Positions 59,060 to 64,000 of a DNA stretch of 64,000 bases are shown piece by piece; within the stretch, counting starts at the first letter, position 1; each line of letters begins with the position of its first letter. The translations under genes were made by a program, and so were the position numbers. Origin of the DNA: Hemiscyllium ocellatum (lineage: Eukaryota); contig NC_083412.1 of NCBI RefSeq assembly GCF_020745735.1, positions 58,804,320 to 58,868,319 on the forward strand, given 5' to 3'. The notes under the pieces are model-generated. The model did not search any database, was not told the origin of the DNA, and saw only the letters and a list, made by a program, of their open reading frames with translations.

Positions 59060-61235
59060 TCTTAAACATAAGAGCATAAATTAGGCCATTCAGTCTATTT
59101 TGTTTGCGTTGCCATTAATTCACAGCTGAAGAGTTTCTCAACCCCATTCTCCTGCTTTCCTCCATAACCCTTGATCTCCTTGATACTCAAGAATGTTTCT
59201 ATCTCAGTCTTAAATACATTCAATGACCTGGCTCCCACAGCCTTCTGTGGCAATTAATTCCATAGATTCACCACTCTCTAGTTGAAGATATTCCTCCTTA
59301 TCTCCATTCTAAAAAGTCTTTCCTTTACTCTAAGGCTGTGCCCTCAGGACCTAGTCTCTCCTACCAATGGAAAGATCGTCCCAACATCTACTCTGTCCAG
59401 GGAATTCAATATTCTGTGTGTTTCAATTATATTCACCTCCTCATTTCCTCCCCCCCCCCCCACCCCAACAATCTTTCTAAACTCCATCAATTACAGGCCC
59501 AAACATTCTTCATGTGTTAAGCTTTTCATTCCTAGGACCATTCTAACGGACATTCTGTGAACACGCTGTAGAGCCAGTATGTCCTTCCTGAGATATGGAG
59601 CTCAAAACGGCGCTCAATACTCCAAATGTGGTCTGACCAGACCCTTATAGAGCCTCAAAAGTAGATCCCTACTTTTATTTTCAAGTCCTCTCAAAATAAA
59701 TGCTATCATTGTATTTGCATTCCTAACTACTGACCAAACCTACCATTTACCTTGAGAGAATCCTGGACTAGAACTCCCAAGTCCCTTTGCACTTCAGACT
59801 TCTGAATTTTCTTCCCATTTAAAAAATAGTCCATGCCTCTATTTTTCCTACCAATTTGCATTCCCTTACATCTATCTACGTTGCATTTCATCTGTCACTT
59901 CTTTGCCCACTCTCCTAACCTGTGCAAATCCTTCTATAGACTCCTTGCCTCCACTATGCTAACCGAACCTCTATCTATCTTTGTATCATCTGCAAACTTA
60001 GCCAGAATGCCCTTAGTTCCTTCATCGAGATCTTTAATGTATAAAGTGAAAAGTTGTAGTCCCAACACTGAGCCTTGCAGAACATCACTTGTCACCGTCA
60101 CCCTGAGAAAGACCCTTTTATTCTCACTCATTGCTTTCTGCCAGACAGGCAAGCTTCTATCCATGCTAGGACCTTACCTCTAACACCAAGGGGCCCTAAT
60201 CTTACTCAGTAGCCTCCAGTGCAGCACCTTGTCAAAGGCTTTCTTGAAGTCCAGGTAGATCACATCCATTGGCTCTCCTTGGTCTAATCTGCTCGTTACT
60301 TCCTCAAACAATTCTAGCAGATTTGTCAGGTATGACCTCCCCTTAATGAAACCATGCTGACCTTGCCCTATTTTGCCATACACTTCCAAGTATTCAGAAA
60401 TCTCATCCTTCACAATGGATTTCAGGATTGTACCCACGACCGAGACTACGCTAATTGGCCTGTAATGTTTTGTCTTTTGCCTTGCTCCCTTTTTAAACTG
60501 GAGTATCATGTTAGTGATTTTTTTCCAGTCCTCTGTGACCCTCCCTGACTCTAGTGATTCCTGAAAGATCACCACTAACACCTCCACTATCTCTTCAGCT
60601 ATCTCCCTTAGAACTCTGGGGTGTTGTCCATTTGGTCCAGGTGGTTTATCCACCTTCAGGCCATTCAGGTTTTATATCATCTTCTCTGTGGTCACGGCCA
60701 CGAGACTCAGCTCTGCCCCCCTCACCCTCTTGAACTTTTGGGATATTATTTGTGTCTTCCACCATGAAGACTGACACGAAGTAATTATTCAGTTCCTCAG
60801 CCATTTTCTCCTTCCCCACTCCTATCCCTCCAGCATAATTTTCCAGCACCCCAATGTCCAGTTTTGCCTCTCTTTTGTCCTTTATATATCTAAAGAAACT
60901 CTTACAGTCTTCCTTTATATTACTCTCATCTTTAATCTTTTATCTCCTTATTTCCTTTTTTTGTTGCCCTGTGTTGTAAGCTTCCCAATCCTCTGGTTTC
61001 CCACTGCTTTCTCTTTTGCTTTTATGCTATCCCTGACTTCCCTAGTCAACCATGGTAGCTTCATCCTCCCTGTACCATGCTTCTTTTTTCTTGGAATGAA
61101 TCTCTGCTGTGTCTCCTGAATTACTCCCAGAAACTCTTGCCATTGCTGTTCCACTGTCTTTCCTGCTAGGCTCCTCTGAGTCAATTCTACCCAGCTCCTC
61201 CCTCATGCCTCTGTCATTCCCTTTATTCATCCTCA
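59060..61235 (-). mobile_element. CR1 LINE, second subfamily, degenerate
   Basis: ORFs 60180-60653 (DKPPGPNGQHPRVL, LDFKKAFDKV) and 59934-60164 (AKFADDTK). Confidence 0.92.
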
Positions 61236-61522
61236 CTTAAGGTTGCTGTTTGGATTTGTTCACCAACAGTATTCCACCCAAGAGAAATCCTTCATCACTA
61301 AGTGTAAAGTGATTGTTTTAAGGACTGTCCACCAGTAAATATAATGCAGTTTAACTGCCTATGTGAGCCATTTAATGGGTACTCCTGTGTTTTGATATTA
61401 CTTCCTCAACTGAATATTGTAATATATGGGATTAATAGCTGTTAGGCGAATAGATATACTGCATCTTCAGTGATGTCAAATGGTCTGATTAAAGACAACT
61501 TCATCGTAGTCCTGCTCGCTCA

Positions 61523-61523
61523 T

Positions 61524-61568
<45 letters not shown>

Positions 61569-61700
61569 GGTGGTGTTTAACCTGAGAGTCCCCACACATC
61601 ATGCAAGGGGAGAGGCTAAGAAGGAACATCCTTCGTGCTAAACTCAGCTGGTGCAGGAATTGAACCCATACTGTTAGCATCGCCATCCAGCCAAGTGACC
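61523..61700 (-). mobile_element. tRNA-derived SINE with (GA)n/(TC)n tail
   Basis: (ag) repeat 61524-61562; antisense B box caggaattgaaccc near 61655. Confidence 0.6.
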
Positions 61701-61927
61701 TCTGAAGGTCTGGGAAGAAGGTTATGACACAGTCCTGCTCAACCAGGTCCCTGAGAATAGTGTGAAAAGCTAGTAAGTGTTCATTAGTTCTCATTAGTAT
61801 GGTTTCCAGTCCTCATCTGCCAATATAATCTTTATATAAATACTGGATTTAAATTTTCCTGTCTTCAGATTAGCTTGTTCAGAATATATTTCAAGGAAAA
61901 TGTCTCGTGTTTTCTATCTTGATATAG

Positions 61928-62305
61928 ACTCATGCAGTGCTCAAAGACGAGTGAAAGTACAAAAAGGGCCCCTAGTCCGGGCTGAAGGACACCACATAAC
62001 CATCCAGTGTGATGTGAGTGGGTACCAGGGGTCACCACAGCAGAACTTTGAGTGGTCCCTCTTTCGTCCAGACAAGCCTACACTGAAAATCCAGATTATC
62101 AGCACGAATGATCCTGTGTTCTCTTATGCTGTGTTTGGAGGAAGAGTGCAGAAGAATGAGATTTACATCGAGAGGCTGAAAGGAGACTCTGTGCTGTTAC
62201 ACATTACAAAGCTGCAGAAAAGTGATGAAGGGACATATGAGTGTGCCACTCCGAGCACAGACGACGTGTACTGGGGGTCCTACAGTGCCGTAACGAACTT
62301 GACAG
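61928..62305 (+). CDS. First V-type Ig-domain exon of an IGSF3/CD101-like (EWI family) membrane protein
   Basis: Acceptor tttctatcttgatatag|AC and donor ACAG|GTGGGT; 378 nt, phase 1-1; QRRVKVQKGPLVRAEG...C(DVSGYQG)...FEWS...IISTND...FSYAV...D.G.YEC.TPSTD...YWGSYSA.TNL is an EWI domain-1 signature. Confidence 0.95.
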
Positions 62306-62609
62306 GTGGGTTTTTCAAGCATTCTTCTTTTCTCAGTGTTGTACTTTATCTGCTCATCATCAACTTCAGAGTTCTGATTGAAAATATCAGAAAGATGGCA
62401 GCACCCAATTAAACATGCTTCTGTTTACAATTATCATCTATTGAAAATGCAACAATAAGTACTATCAATCCTTTCCAGGTCTCAACACGCCAATATGAAT
62501 CTGATTACATTCAAAGCAATGCAGAATTATACACCTTTTGAGCATTTAGATTAATGCACCATTAGGAGATCTAATTATATAGATATGGACAGACATACAA
62601 AACATACAA

Positions 62610-62830
62610 AAGTATGATAAAGGAAGACCGGTAGAGCACTTGGCTCTTCAAGCCTGTTCTGCCATGAGATAAGGTCAGGGCTGGTCTCATTTTAACCTTT
62701 AATCTACAACCTGCAAAACTCCGACAGTCTTTCATTCCCTTAGTAATCAAGAATCTTTCTACCTCTGCCTTCAAAATATTCAAAAGTTCTTCAATTGCCT
62801 TTTCAGAAAGGAATTGCAAATATAAAATTC
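62610..62830 (-). mobile_element. Old CR1 3' fragment
   Basis: caagcctgttctgccatgagataag...ccttagtaatcaagaatct. Confidence 0.6.
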
Positions 62831-63487
62831 TATTGAGCTCATAGTGCAAGCATGTAGCACCTAGAAATACATCTTTTTTAAACCTGTTTTGTTGAATATA
62901 CAGATTTGCTTTTTCCTATTCAGCATGAAGAAATGAACCATGTAATTCTACTGTATATGCAGTTTGTTTATTTATAGGTAAACATATTTCTTTGTGATTT
63001 GCTGGTAAGTGAATAAAAGGGGAAGTGCATTCATTATCAACTGAATTAGATAAGCAGTTTGCTCATGTGGTATAGGGGTAATAATATTTCCAATCAAGCA
63101 TTTCATTGTTTATCATATTCAAAATGCTTTTTGATTGCAACATCCCTTGGCCTAGTTAGTGATGGAAATTCCTCCTGTGATACTGAGCCCTAGATATCAT
63201 AGGTTCAATTTATCGAATCATTGAATGTCACAGCACAGACGGAATATGTTTGGCTCTACACTCTTTGAAAGAGCTATTCAATTAATCTTTTCTCTTTACT
63301 CAGAACACTGCAATTTCTCCAATTCTCTGTTGATAGTTAGTATTGGATCTGCTTCCATCACACTTCCATGAAGCTGATGACGATAATATCATGCTCCTTC
63401 CAAAATAAAATGTTTCTTTATCTGACCTCCGATTCCTTTGTCAATTACATCAACCTCTCTCCTCTGGTTACTGACTGCCACTGAAAT

Positions 63488-64000
63488 CACAGAACTTAGA
63501 CAGTTACAGCACAGTACAGGCCCATCGGCCCTCGATGTTGTGCCATCTTGTGAATCCAATCCGAAGCTCATCGAACTGACACTATTCCATACTTGTCCAT
63601 ATGCCTATCCAATGACCACTTAAATGCCCTTTAAGTTAGTGAGTCTACAACAGTTGCAGGCAGTGTGTTCCATGCCTACTACTCTGAGTAAAGAGACATT
63701 GGACAGATGTCAGAGGTAGTTTATCACCCCTCAGTTTGAAGCTGTGCCAGCCATCATCATCCTCGGGAAAAGGCTCTCACTGTCCACCTGAACTAACCCT
63801 CTGATTATCTTATACGTCTCAATTAAGTCACCTCTCAACCTCCTCTAATGAAAACAGTATCAAGTCCCTCTACTTTTCCTCATCAGACTTTCCCTCCATA
63901 CCAGGCAACATTCTAGTGAATCTCCTCTGCACCCTTTCCAAAGCTTCCACATCCTTCCAATAATACAGTGACTAGAACTGTACGCAATACTCCCAAGTGA
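63488..64000 (-). mobile_element. CR1 3' portion (older relative of the 12.3-14.0 kb subfamily), runs off the window
   Basis: acagcacagtacaggcccatcggccctcgatgttgtgcc is the reverse complement of the 13.94-13.98 kb 3' UTR. Confidence 0.9.

Noticed and set aside
61935-61937. Alternative acceptor CAG at 61937
   Set aside because: It would be phase 2 and out of frame with the phase-1 signal exon.
61900-62412. 170-aa ORF as a complete single-exon gene
   Set aside because: It has no signal peptide or TM segment in frame; canonical phase-1 splice sites delimit 61928-62305, and the ORF ends are intronic read-through.
1-64000. CRISPR arrays, rRNA genes, LTR/ERV coding regions
   Set aside because: No regularly spaced repeats, rRNA-like sequence or gag/integrase motifs were seen.

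Overview
This is eukaryotic genomic DNA, most likely from a cartilaginous fish; a shark is inferred from the HE1/V-SINE, Deu-SINE, CR1 and Penelope repeat content. Roughly three quarters or more is nested retroelement debris (by eye): several CR1 LINE subfamilies, including one near full-length copy and one young intact RT ORF, Penelope-like elements (PLEs) of at least four families, SINEs, L2 and Rex-like tails, two MITEs and a Harbinger transposase relic. One host gene is supported: an EWI-family (IGSF3/CD101-like) Ig gene on the + strand. It has a CpG-retaining promoter region near 46.2-46.8 kb, a signal-peptide exon at 46619-46694 that the ORF track misses, and the first V-type Ig exon at 61928-62305, joined phase 1 to phase 1 across a 15.2-kb intron. 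The most notable signal is about 20 minimal hammerhead-ribozyme (HHR) motifs in PLE terminal repeats. These include ~230-bp TSD-flanked palindromic mini-elements carrying a hammerhead on each strand, solo insertions that start at the ribozyme core, and three independent retroelement insertions that land inside hammerhead cores. All calls were made by eye; no database searches or folding programs were run.
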